NCBI GenBank assembly: GCA_976226885.1
Contig: OZ320322.1
Coordinates: 23,746,001-23,810,000, forward strand
Origin: Iphione sp. A-MEVVRFRX5
Lineage: Eukaryota
Direction of reading: 5' to 3'
Length of the DNA: 64,000 nucleotides
Below the pieces are notes generated by a model, which saw nothing but the letters and a program-made list of their open reading frames with translations, did not search any database and was not told the DNA's origin. Made by a program: the position numbers and the translations under genes. Positions 33,582 to 47,100 of the stretch are shown here, one piece after another (positions within the stretch are counted from its first letter, which is position 1; each line of letters opens with the position of its first letter).

Positions 33582-36500
33582 TTACTGACTGAGGGCCTCT
33601 GAGAGCCTGGCCATGATCAGCTGTATCTTCTCTGCAGGTATTACCATGACAGTCCTCAGTGGCTCGAGCTGCTCATCTTCGTCATCCCAGGTGCCAGCCA
33701 CCGGTGTATCCCGCTCAGCTGCCACTGAGTAACTGAAGTTCAGTGTAGACTCCTGTGGTGAAAAAAAAGCAGGGTATTGTTATCCTTAATGTTAACACCT
33801 CCTCAAATCAGAAGAGGTGGCCTCCTACATGAACATGTCCATCTTACCGGGAAATGAAATGGTAAATGGACCTGAAATCACATCATCAAGAAAGGAAAGA
33901 AACTTTTTCCCAACGGGTGGGTTGATCCATTCTGCTTGTTATTTCATTTACACGTATAGGGCAAAGAGAACTTATAAGCATATTTAACATGATAAGTCAA
34001 AATGAGGGCAAATGAACCACAACAATACTCCATCTGTTCTGCTAACAATTTATCCGAAAAGTACGAGCCTGACAATCTGATGCAAAAACGAAAAACGCAG
34101 TTACTTAGTGCAAAGTCACTACCCTGTTATGACTTCCAGTGTGTGGTTGCCACAATTTAATATTCCGGAGTTATTAAATGTGGTCAAATTATAACAATGT
34201 CTTTGGAAAGTAAGTTTTTTTTTACTTCGGTTCTACATGAACATAGACAAAGCAATCACCTGATAGAAAAATTCTTCTTCAGCATTGGTAAACATGGGTG
34301 ACTGGTCCTTACCACCACCCTTTGGTAACTTCGGAGCTTGGTAGGTCTTACTTATCATGAGATAATTCTCAAAATCGTAAGGCATCTTCTTGTTTTTGGC
34401 CTTTTCTACTTCTTTCCTATGGGATAAAAAAAGCAGCACACATTATTAAATAAACTGAGATCTTCTTCATCCTTCTTCATCGAAGATGACTATGCTCGGT
34501 TTCCTTTTCATCCTTTGTAAATTCTTATGCGACTTGTGAGGCCAATTTGTGCATGAAATGACCTGTTACAGTGAGAACATTGTATGGAGAAATAAATGCG
34601 ATATAGACAACTTTATATAAATAAGTGCGATATAAAGTAAGAGTTCAAGGAGTGGTTGAAAAAATGCTTTTTTGGCAAGACAGTAACATCTTTTAGTACC
34701 CAACTTGTAATATAAGTAAGTTATCACAATTACCCTTTAAAATAAGCATAGGTGCGGCATTTTTCGGAAGCCTGAAGGATTTGAAATGGGTTCTGGTCGT
34801 TAAAACTGATTATAGATGAACAAGTGTTCTCTTTCTGGTTTACAGACATTGTTTGCAGTTTCTGCACCCAGGCGCTGCGGACTGAAACAACCTATCGGCT
34901 GCTCAGAAGAATTTTCCAAGTAACAGATTCCTAAACTCATCTCAACATTCGTTAAAAATCACTAGGTTCTACTGCATGTATTTAAACAGGGTGGTAAGTG
35001 ATGTTTGAACTCATTACACACAAAGCTATCTCTGAATTTATTACACACAAAGACTTACCATAAACTTTCGAACGAAGGCAGCGCAATCTGTGGAGGGATG
35101 TTGATGAAGCGCTCGTTGATCAGCAAGCCCAGTGCAGCGTCTGAGTTGAAGAGATCGGTGAGGCTCTTTCTCGTGGCCTGCTGTTTACATCTGTCCAGAA
35201 GTTCTCCTCGTAGATGTTGTGCAAATTCCATGTCCTTAGAGAGAATGGTAATACATACTTCAAAAGCAACCTAGCGTAAATGGCAGTATTGGATGGTCCT
35301 GATATGATTTTTTTCCCCATAATCCTCTCAACGCAGGCAGCAAGGCAACTCATAGTTGAAGGCAAAATTACCCGGTCTCACTGGTGGTTTTAATTAGTAG
35401 ATAACACGAAGTTAGCAGTGAAATATGGTCTGAACTTTGTACCAGCAACAATGGCGCCAACTGGACTGTACATCCGATGGACACCCAGTGTCTGTTATTG
35501 GTCCTAAAGTTATGTGTTGCTACTGCGTTGTTTTTGGTACGTCTGTTTCATAGAACTACACCCTGCTTAAAACAACAATTTTTGTTCATGTTCTGTCACC
35601 ATACTGGTACCTAAACACAGAAGCATTGATTTAAGGCTTAACTATTTATCAATAATCAATAAAAAATATTTGATAAAATCTATTCAGCAGATTATACGTG
35701 AAAGTAAATGCCCTCCACTGCTTAAGATCATGATGAGCCAAAAAGATCAATGTGTTAAAAAGCTTCAACTCACGAGTTACCTTTTTGTTCGTAACATTGA
35801 CGACTGTAATCACACCAAAAACTTCACCAACTTCGTCGTCATCCTCATCATCGTCTTCTTCATCGACGGGACATTGCTGAGAAAAGAGTGAAAATTTCAC
35901 ATGCGGCAATGCACATTTTATTGGGTGCCTGTCAATTTCATCTTCCTCCTAACTACCATTTCTCTTTTAATTAGAATGCATAATCGTCCTGATCTCGACA
36001 CGTTCTTAATTACATTACATTGAACATATGTTGTTCGTGTCTTACTCCTAGTTTACACAGCCACAAACTCCTTTAGAGAAGACTTCAAGATATAATTCGT
36101 TGGTTCACTAGGTTTACATGTATAACTGCACGGAGTCGCCTGGAACTGTAGTTGCCAGCAGTTGATCCCACTCACCTTGATAACACTGCCGACGTAATTT
36201 TGAGAGAGGATCGTATCTGTTAAGTCCGAAATGTTTATATTTGCCTTCAAGAATAGCTGAAACATGAACAACGAAGATGCACCGTTAATGCTAAAGGTAC
36301 ACCCAATCGGAACAGGTCTTACTACAAAACAATCCAATAAAGGTATTTATTACTCTGAAATCAAGTTTAATATTGTGTACAAACTCTTTATGCAATATTT
36401 CCAAGGAACTCTACTCCTTATATCATAGAAAGGTATAGAGGAATGAATAAACTACGCATAGATATTCTGTTTGTTCTAGAATTTACAGTGTTACACTAAT

Positions 36501-37227
36501 TAAATAAAAATTCAGCTGAACACTTATCATAAGATTACACATAAGTACCTGTTGTAGCAGTTTCCTAATACCGTGAAAATCACTATCCTCAGGATTTCGA
36601 GCTTCAAAATCAACCTGCAGCTCCTGAAATATTGTGAGACAGAATTTACTATTTAAAAACATACAACACGTACTAATATTTAAGTACTGTAACTTCTCGC
36701 CATTCCACCACCTCTCCATTCTAACGCTTTCGTTACTCCAGGTACAGAATAAGATACTCAATAGTAAAAATACCCTCTCTATTCCGACATCTTGCTATTG
36801 CAAACATCACCTCTTGGGTCCAAGCAGTGTGGTAATAGCGAGGGGTGACTGTAGTGTTAAATAGCAAACGAAATACTTGAGTTTAATCTAAACTCCCTAA
36901 TCAATTGAGATGCTTGAAATTGGTTTCATGTGGTTTGATTCAAAAACACCCGTTTAATATGTGCAATTATTGTAGTAATTGAGAGGTATATCAGGTGTAT
37001 GAAAGAGAACTGTACATTCCTAGTAAGAAAAAAAAACGAGAAAAACGAGAAATATATGAGCAGAAAATAGAAATAATTCCATAAAACGCTACCTGTCCCT
37101 CCATCTCTTCTTCTTCGTTTTCTTCCTCACTCTCAATCATATCATCGTCAAAATCTGAGGCATCTTCATCGCTTCCTACATTCATTTCTTCGGCAGCCGC
37201 ACGCTTCTTCTTCGAGGGGGCTGCCAT
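33582..37227 (-). CDS. BCCIP: BRCA2 and CDKN1A-interacting protein (BCCIP/Bcp1), 7 coding exons, 296 aa
   Basis: Exons 37227-37093, 36623-36549, 36256-36176, 35876-35781, 35234-35059, 34416-34260, 33752-33582; 891 nt. Motifs VDFEARNPEDSDFHGIRKLLQQLF, GLLINERFINIPPQIALP, FTNAEEEFF. Confidence 0.95.
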
Positions 37228-37232
37228 CTTGG
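37219..37232 (-). promoter_or_regulatory. YY1-like motif overlapping the BCCIP start codon
   Basis: CCAAGATGGCAGCC matches the AAGATGGCNGC consensus; the match may simply reflect the ATG GCA start context. Confidence 0.35.
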
Positions 37233-39420
37233 TTTGTGCTTCCAGTTAAATAGGTCTCGTTTAGTCAATTTTGATGCTGTATAGTTCACGCAATGTGTAC
37301 TTACAAGAAAGAATGAAAAGTAGCTGAATCTGCAACATTACTGAATGTTGATTTCTGTGACGATTACCCATTACTTGGGACCTTTTCATAAAGGCGTTAG
37401 GGACAATTGCCAAATTCCTCATATAGCGTTATATAGCAACAGTAAAAATAAAATACATAAATAACTATTCTGATATGAAGATGTATTTACAGCTGCACAT
37501 ATTTACATGTACGAACAGTTAGCCCTTGTGTAATCACACAAAGCTATTTACTACAACTCCCCACTGTATGACAGCCACTTGATATTGTCGGCATAATGTA
37601 TTCACGTCCTCCCTGGAACAAATCCCTGCAAGATCACCCACAATTTGCCGGTGCTACCGTCAGTTGGACAATTCCACCACCTAAACCACTTGCCCCGTTT
37701 ACTCTATCCACTGGATTCGACTGTTATATGGATGTGTTGTACTCAAACACCCCTCTCTTCCCCGTCCTCACTGTATCTGGACATGGTCTTGGCCGCTGGT
37801 TTCCATGGACAAGTATCTCAAAGTACTAATATTTGGTAGCACAGTCATGGCTAGCATCCGAAGTCATTGTAGTGTGAATGCAAATACTGAGTGGTAGATC
37901 TATGAAAATATCTCCTTACATCTAAATTTCTTGGATATCAACACAAGTCATGCAAAGTTGACCTACTACTTTGTACTCAATGACTGACATATTCATCTTA
38001 TAAATGGATAAATACTGATGTCTAGTTTTAGCAAATGGAGATTTTACGAGAACTGCTCTACTGCGCTTCTTGGTCGATGAGTGCAGAAATCCGAGAAAAT
38101 CCGATTAGTAACATGTATTGCTAGAAACAACAGTCTCATAGTTTCCTTGCACTAGAGAACTTCACTGAGAGGGCCAGACAATTAATAGATCACTGAAGCG
38201 TCGATGACACTGTTCCTAAATTTATGTTTCTCAAGACAATGTCTTGAAATACAGCAAGCTGATCGGCGGGACTTCTATTATGACATCATAAATAGTAAAA
38301 ATCATATGTTGTAACAGTATCTGGCGATTCGTCAATTGGGCCCATGATTTCAGACAACTGGGCCCACAAATTTATCATGAATTTGGTGATTGTTTCAGAC
38401 TTTGGAGGAGTTGGGAAGCACTTAATCTTTGATTGATGCTACAAAGAAGAAGTCTTTCCCAGGGGTGCATGTTCTGTATCCACACTCTCAGGGGCCCCTT
38501 AGCTGCTTCCAGTGGTTCTCACAATTATTTCCATGCCATCAGTGACTTTGACTCTTCTTAGTGGTCGGTGGGCTGTTCCAGTGCTAAGAACGACATCCTA
38601 AGTAACTTGGACAGTCTATCCTTGATACTTCTTGCTAAAATCAGTAATTAGGATTCTCACGTTCACTCTTCCACCCTCAGCTGCTTGCCAGTCAGCGATC
38701 TTTCTTACACCATGCTGTCTGACCTCTTGAGTCCACAGCTTAGCCAATGGGACCAATGCGTTCAGCTCATCAAGAGCCTTCATTTGATATCAAATACATT
38801 CTCGTACTCACATTTTGAGTCGGCAACATTATAAATGATACCACGCTAGTGGAAAACAGTGAAATTCAGCGTGTCTAGGATACCCTTCCCTGATAAACAT
38901 GTTTGGTTTCACTACGCATTTACTTTTCAAGCTTGCTAGTCAAATTTTGACCAAAATACTGATTTTACTCATGAAGAAAATCTAAACACCCCCTTGATTA
39001 AAAAAAAAAAGATATATATATGAATGTTGTAAAATTCATCCAAGTATGTCCAATCAAGTAGTGTTCTATAGAAGCCTGGATAAGTCATGCAGGCCACAAG
39101 TCGCGCGGCAGGGGAGGCGGCAGTGAAGGCTAGCCAGCCTGGAGATGCATAAGTTGCACGGCCAGGGTTATAAGGTAGGTAATGTCCGGTTTAGTAGACG
39201 TGCCCTCTAAGGGCAGACTGACTGGCTCAATTAAATCTTGTTCTGGGATTTCTATATGCTGATGATCTGTTGACAGCTGGAATGATTCCCCTATGCCCTG
39301 AGGTTCCATATCCATTGCCTCTTCTTCTTTCTCTTTTCTTCCTTTATAGAGAACCCTCTTCCTATGTCATCAATGCCTGTACTTTCTTCCCTCCCCTTTC
39401 ATCTGACACTACGTTGTACT

Positions 39421-39525
39421 CGCGGAATCACTTTCCCAGCTTTCTCCTGCCACCTCCATTACCCCCGGCCACGCGACATCACTTTCCCGGCCTTCTCCTG
39501 CCGCCGCCACTACCCCTGCCCGCGC
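39421..39525 (+). repeat. Imperfect ~51-bp GC-rich tandem duplication
   Basis: cgcggaatcactttcccagctttctcctgccacc... and cgcgacatcactttcccggccttctcctgccgcc... Confidence 0.7.
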
Positions 39526-41144
39526 AACTTGTGGCTCGCTCGACTCAACCTGTAATCGTGCCATGCATAGACGCTCTAATGTATCAATGTTGACAGGTTC
39601 ATGTAGACATGGAACACGCACATACACGCAAAAGATTAAGCTGATAAAGGAGGCAGGCTGCTATAGTAATTCCACAACAGTTCATAACATTCTTTTAGGG
39701 GGATGAACCTTATTGATGACCAAGGCCATCTTCTGTACGCTACAGGAGCTCAGTTGCACAATAGGCCATTTCAGAGAATCCAATAATACCTAGTGCCGGA
39801 GCAAAAAAGGCGTATGTTGAATAAAGCCATCAAAGTGATCAAAATCACCCTGCTAATTTTTTTTCTTTATGTGCATTGATAGAAGAGGTATATAGCACCA
39901 TTCTCCCAAGTTGCTAAAGGTATATGAATATGATGAATATAAATTTACTTATGATACAAAATGCAGCTTGGAAGGGGGTTAGCCTCACTCTCAGCCATGC
40001 TTTGTTTTGGTTTTGCACTGACGTGGAGCATGGAACACAGTGAGTGATGAATTAAATTTCAAGTCTTTAAAAAATAACGAAATAATTGTCACATAAAGAC
40101 CATACCGGTATTAGCAACGAAGGACTCTTAGTTTGTTTTAAAAATATCATTAAAAGTATTTTATTATCTGATAAGCATCTTTGTAGATGCAAGCAATTTT
40201 ACAAGCCATAGCTCAACCTCTCAAAATAGGCTCACCTCAAAGTCATTTCTATACTGTAAAAAAGGTTTCACATACTTTTTATTTTGTTTAAAGTGTTCTT
40301 CTTTAGCACAGTAATGTGTGTGCCAAAAGATTTTTCTCTGTATGAAACATTAGTTCAAATACAAGTACCTGAACTACGCATGTACGTTTTTTTCTCCCAA
40401 AACGTGATGTATTATGGGATTTTCTGAAACACTCTATACATGCATGGCAAAATCATGCATGCCAGGAAATCGCCTGCACCATATACGCAGAACCTTTTTT
40501 TATGATAAGTTCCCAATGACAGGACGCTTTGTATTATAAACGTTGACCCATTCCACATGAACAACGTCGATATTCAGTGTACTTATTATGCCTCAGACTT
40601 TATGGATAAATTCAACTCATAAGTACATTTACTTGTACACATACTAGATGGCCAAGGCAGTTAAAGCAAAACGCAAATATTCTACAATACAGTGGTATCT
40701 ACATGCCTCCGGACAGAGAGAAAACTTGACAGTAAAGCTTACAGATTTATGTAACCCTCCTTTAACGCATGACAAGTACATAAAATATTATCTTACCGGA
40801 ATGTGGGAAAATTCTCTAGTAAATGGTCTTTCTTCTGCACAGGTACCATGTGCCGGAAGTTGCACCACTGGCAGCTGTTGCGCGATTAAAGATAAGTATA
40901 CAAAAAAACAGAATGCGTGATGCACATTAGCCCTAAATGAATAAATCGATATGGACATGTCACTATAAACAGAGATGATTAAATATTTCCTTTAAAGAAA
41001 ATTATTCGCAAAATTCCAGCCTTGTCACAGAATAAAAGAAGTGTTTCAACTCTTCGATTTAAACGAGATCCCCCCAAAACCCCAGTGTGCCAGGGCTCGA
41101 GCAGACCGCGGCCAGTTCTCAGAGCGTGAGGTATACGAGTGACT

Positions 41145-44100
41145 ATGGATGAGGTAGGGTAATGATATTTTTCAAATGCGTTTGCATTTATATACTTGAT
41201 ATATCAATGTTTTCACAGTTATATGGTATCACTGACTATATGCGGCCAGCAAAATATCAATAACTACTGCCTCAGATTGTTGTTTACATAACTGATTTTT
41301 TTCCCCATTTTTTCAAGTTGAAACGCTGAACACTGTCACTTGCATCTCATATATTTGACATGTGAACCGTTGGTTACAAATACGCATAAGATATGTATAT
41401 AATGTTATCAGTTGAAATAAAGAATCATAATGATTCATGTGAAAACTCGTGATTCAGATTCCAAAGTGGATGTTTACTTGTTGAACTTGAAGGCAAGACA
41501 ATGACTGAAGAGTTACCCGCACCTCACACTTATCTGCACAACCATGCCTTCATGTCACACTCATCCACACACTCAGCCCCTCACATGCCCCACACTCGCC
41601 CTGCCCCACATGAAGTGCACTCACACTGCCGCACACGTGGGCCACCATGATGGAAGGGAGAGAGTTCTGTCGAAATGTACCATTATACCAAAACACTAGG
41701 CAGGGTACATAGTGAGACGGTGTCTACACAATGAGATAACACTAATGCACCAAAACAGTGGGCAGGTAATAGTGAGACGGTGTCTAGACAGATAGTGCTG
41801 GATATTTTCAGATTTTCCCAAGAGTTGACTTTTTCTGACATTCACTCAGTAAGACAAGACTGCGTATCAAATATAGAGTTGCATCCAAGCATCTGATTCT
41901 AAGGAGTTTAGATGCCGTAAAGTGGGGCTACTTTGCTTGTGTGGGGCTACTTTGTGGGGTAGTGAAAAAAGTGTTGTTTTTAGATGCCGAGCATCAGAAA
42001 TATAATTTTCATATAGAAATTTCATTGTATACAAAAATGAAACATCTAAGCTTTATGTTTCAACCATTTTTATTTTTCGAGGTCAACTGAGGTCATCTCC
42101 CGATACATGCTAGAAAATGATCCTTTTTTTTACCTATTTTTTTGTGTGTCAAATTGTCTACATAGATTCTACATTGCTGTAGGCAGCAGGAGATTCATGC
42201 CCACCACTAGCATCACTGTTGGCTTTAGACCTTAGAACTATATGGGCAAAATGATGTTCCTACCACTGAGTGAAATATTTAACAGAATGCAAATGCATGT
42301 CAATTTTTTTTTTACAAAAATGGGGCTACTTTGTGGCCAAAAATGCCATAGGGGCTACTTTGGTGATTTTTTTCTATTGTGATAGTTTATTTCACATAAA
42401 CGACGATGGCTTTAAAAACATATGGCAGATCAAAGTGGTGACAATGAGATTCTACAGTCTAGATATAGATGATATGGAAGCTATATATTATAACTGCTCT
42501 TGTTCAAGGTCATCTATGGATTTTTCAAGGTCATGTAATAAAGAATGATATATTTTAAATGTACAAAGTACATAGACCCTATATTCTTCAATACAGTTCA
42601 TCGCTAAAGCACAGAAAAGTGGATGCACATGATCGTTCCCCCCAAAATTTAGACCCCCCTATTCAAGAATTTTGAGAGCAATTTAATCCCCCTATTTGCA
42701 TGAAAACATGAATTTTTGGCCCTCCAAATACCCCCCTTTTTCAAGATTTCAAGAATAAATTCTTCCTTTCTATTTCCATATACAGAATATGAGCCCTTAG
42801 AATACCCCCCTTTTTCTCATTTGTATATCATTTGCATTAAAAAAAAACTCATCATTTACACAGATTTGGATGGAATATTTCCGATCAGCATATAAAAACT
42901 CACCATTTACACAGATTTGGGTGGAATTCCTTACAGTTAGCACAAAAAACTCACTATTTATACAGATTTTGGTAGAATTCCTTATGATCAGCACCAAAAA
43001 ACTCACCATTTACACAGATTTGGGCGGAATTCCTTACAGTCAGCACAAAAAACTCACTATTTATACAGATTTGGGTAGAATTCCTTATGATCAGTGCCAA
43101 AAAACTCACCATTTACACAGATTTGGGTGAAATTTCTTCCAATCAGTGCAAAAAGCTCGCCATTTACACAGATTCAGGGGGATTCCTCCTGATCAGCACA
43201 AAAAAATTGTCATTTACACAGAGAGAGAGAGACAGAGACAGAGAGAGGGAGACAGAGTGTGTGAGAGTGAGTGTGTGTGTTAAAGAGGGAGAGAGANNNN
43301 NNNNNNNNNNNNNNNNNNNNNNNNNNNNNNNNNNNNNNNNNNNNNNNNNNNNNNNNNNNNNNNNNNNNNNNNNNNNNNNNNNNNNNNNNNNNNNNNNNNN
43401 NNNNNNNNNNNNNNNNNNNNNNNNNNNNNNNNNNNNNNNNNNNNNNNNNNNNNNNNNNNNNNNNNNNNNNNNNNNNNNNNNNNNNNNNNNNNNNAATGAG
43501 TGTGTGTGTGAGAGAGATAGAGAGAGAGAGAGAGAGGAACCCCCCCCCCCTATTTGAGTGAAAATGCGAATTCTTTTCCATCTGACACCCCCCTTTTTAA
43601 AGATTCCAAGAAATGCGTTCAGACTTGAATATGACCCCCTATTTTCACGAAATATGGAACGATCATGCGGTCCCTTTCCAAGTACAGTGCCGGGACTGGG
43701 TCTCAGGCCCCCCCAAAAAATAGACCTGTTTTAACGACCAGCCAAAAACCTAGGTAGGGAGGGGGGTATCTTTTTTTTAAAAATTTTTTTCCCACTTTCT
43801 TCCTTTTATTTTCAATAATAATAAAGACAATATGAAGAATTTTGACCAATTTACATGAGGTTTACAGTTTTTTGTTGAATTTCCATGGATTTTGTTTTTC
43901 TACTGAATTTACCAAAAATATGCATTGTGAAAACACATACCTAGGGATATTCAACCTTGGAAACTCTTTGGGGCTAAAATTTTTTTAGGTAGGGTGAGGT
44001 TTTACTAGGTAGGGGTGGGTTACCAGAAACTCACCTATTTTGGGGGAGCCTCAGCATCATATTGCATATCTGGAGCCTATTAAGCTGCATTTTGCTTGCA

Positions 44101-47100
44101 TTAAACATGATTAATAGCCCATAGTCATAGATAGACACAATGAACGATTTGAAACAAGTGCTTTCTCTGGGAGAGATTTAGTTAGCCTGGACAGATACTG
44201 CCCTCATAGTCCCACTTCACTCAAAATTTTAGAACATTTATTCAGCTATTCACTGTAAACTGAAGGAATTTAATTATGATCTCTTTTTGTCCCTAGCCTC
44301 ATAGAGGGAGGGACTTTAGGAATGCTGCAGGCTGTCTGACCTTCCATCACTCTCTTGTGGGTCTTATTACTCTCAAACCCTTCAGTCAAATGAAATAATT
44401 TTGATATATGATACATACATTTTATGTGCATGGACCCATGGTACCAGGTAAATTTGGTAGTAATTAAAGTATTCTAAAGGTGAAATTATACCAGTTTACT
44501 CTTTGCTAACACACCCACAAACCTACATACCTTGTTTTGGAATTTTTAGGTCTGACAATGCACTCACATGCACACACACACACACTCATCATTACCTCCC
44601 TTCTGCCAGTAGCAGTCTGATCAAGGCAGGTGCAATCAAGAGACTCCCCCCCCCCCGGTTCATGGTGAGCACTTCACCCACAGCCACTGCCACCCCCTCT
44701 AGCCAGAGCTCACAGAGTTCATCCACTTCCTCCCTGCCCTGCCGGGGCAGGGGGACAGTAGACCCGTCAGTTCCATACTCTTGCCTAACACTATTTACTC
44801 ATGATAGACAAGCCAAGATCGAACAATTTACTCTTGCTGAAAAACACATAGTCTGTTTTTTGTGCATTAGCCATCGAACTTTTAGAGCATTCCAGCCTAG
44901 CACATTTTTTATCTCCCATTATGGTCCTCTCTACGGACTTTAAGTGGTCCTTGGGACTGCAATTTTTTGGCGTTTAGGTGACCTTGTTTCTCCTATAATC
45001 TGGTCACAGTGTGGTCCGAAATCACCAGACAAAACCATATCGACTATTATTTTTCCCCAACTCAATTCCACCCTTATGTACCCTCTGAATCTGTATATAT
45101 ATGCATGAAGATGTGAATTTTAAAGCAGATGAAAACGAGACTTTGTATGCTCTAGAATTAACCTAAGAGGAAAGGTAATTTCTCATCATCACATTTGATG
45201 GATGTGTTATTCTTGGGTTAAATATAAAGGAAAAGAGTTAAGTTTCTTCTAGGGAATCAGGTGTGAAAACAAAATTAGAATGAAAACTGACGCTAACTGA
45301 AAATCTTCTTGGAATAATTTGACAGAATCGGCCTTTTGAGGTACTTGTCCTGGAATAGCATACAGCTTAAAGGCTGATAGGCAGGCAGGAAGGAGATGAG
45401 AGAAGAAGAAATCGAGATGATTCTTTAGTACACACACGTATTTTACTCATTAGTAAAGGGAATTGCTCTTATTAGAACAACACTGTGTCCAACACTGTAA
45501 TTACAATATTACATAGAGATTATGTTCCCTTTCAGATTCCAGCTCTACGAAAGTCATCTGTACGTATAAAGGACATTGAAAATGTCAAAACTATTTTGAA
45601 AGAATTTATCAGCAAAGGACCAGGAGGTTTGCAGGTAACCTTTGTCAATGCATCGTTATATGTTTGTATAGAATCTACTTAAAATGCATGTTTTATTCTA
45701 TAGTAAGTGGGGTTAGTGATCATCTTTACATGTACTAAATTTATGATTTATGTGTCTCAGCGAGATTAATGCTTACGCGCATTTACTTGCTAACTCAGAT
45801 GCAAACCATGTTTTTCAAACTTTTTGTACTTTTAGGTCATTGCAGACTTTGACAGGACGATAAGTAAATACATGCACAATGGAAAGCTAGTCCCAACTTG
45901 TCACAGTAAGTCCAAAGCCACACTTAATGAATATATATATACAGGTCTGTTTAGTACAGCCCATTTCCCTTCAAATCATACAAATAGCATATCAAGGGTT
46001 TTTTTTTTGTAGACCGAAATATCCCAGGGGAGAGAAGAAGGATCATATCCCGAAAGTGAACTCATAAATAAGTGAGGGAGGGGTAGTGAAAGGAACAGCA
46101 GAGACAAAGTGATAGTATCCTAACAAAAGATGAACCCCCTGTATGGCCAAGACCTGAATTCAGATTTCTAACAGCATAGGGCATTTCTGGACTGCAAAGC
46201 TCACTCTTCCTTGGTGTCTCCCAATTGTGTTCATATGATATACATATAAAAATGTTCAGTCCTATACATGCTACTGGTGCACCAATGGGTAAACATTCGT
46301 ATTTCTGTTATAACTAACTTAAGATGCTGTAAAAGAAGACATCAGTGCTCTTGTCCGACACATTTTTTTCCGTAATATTTATCTACATTGCTGAATTTAT
46401 CTCATCTCTACAGATGTTTTGAATGATAGTGACCTGATGTCCTCAACTTATAAAGAGGAGGTAAGACTTCAAAACTTACATACGTTATAAACTCCCTAAT
46501 GACCTGCCGCTAGTTTCCAATTCAACTCTTATTGGATACAGCAATCTTCCCGTATGTTAGAATTTCATGAAAGGGTTTCCCCAAGGATTGAAAAATATTG
46601 TCCTTCGTTCATAGCAAATAAAATAAAGCCTCAAAGCTGGAGACATCTAGTACAGGGGGACTTCCTTACTGTTATACTGTGGTCAGAACAGCGTCGTATT
46701 TTAGTTGTATGTATTACCAGTGCCACTCATGACTGGGCACACCCTCTCAGTGGGAACGGTCCTACTAGGAACCAAGGGTGTACGAAGTTGCAAGGTCTTG
46801 CTGTATTTGGCATGTGGGATAATGCAGCAATGACGTGGAGACCTCGTTGCTTACAGTCACTAGTAGAAACCTTGGGAAAAGTTCATATGCCGCAGAAAAA
46901 ACAATTGGTGGACAAAAATTATAGCATGACTTGTCTAGACTGAAACTTCACCTGAGTAACAAGGAACCATGAAAGGAACCAGGTCACTATGATGGAACAG
47001 TTGCACTGGAGGAAAAGACACGTTGGATAGGGGCCCGCACGTCAGTCTCCTGGTTTACATACTGAATATGAGAACATATTCATAGTTCCATCCGCTGCGC

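Larger units (their letters stand above)
42628..43667. mobile_element. Possible non-autonomous DNA element carrying a minisatellite
   Basis: 12-bp perfect inverted repeats catgatcgttcc (42628-42639) and ggaacgatcatg (43656-43667) bracket the array and the gap. Confidence 0.35.
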
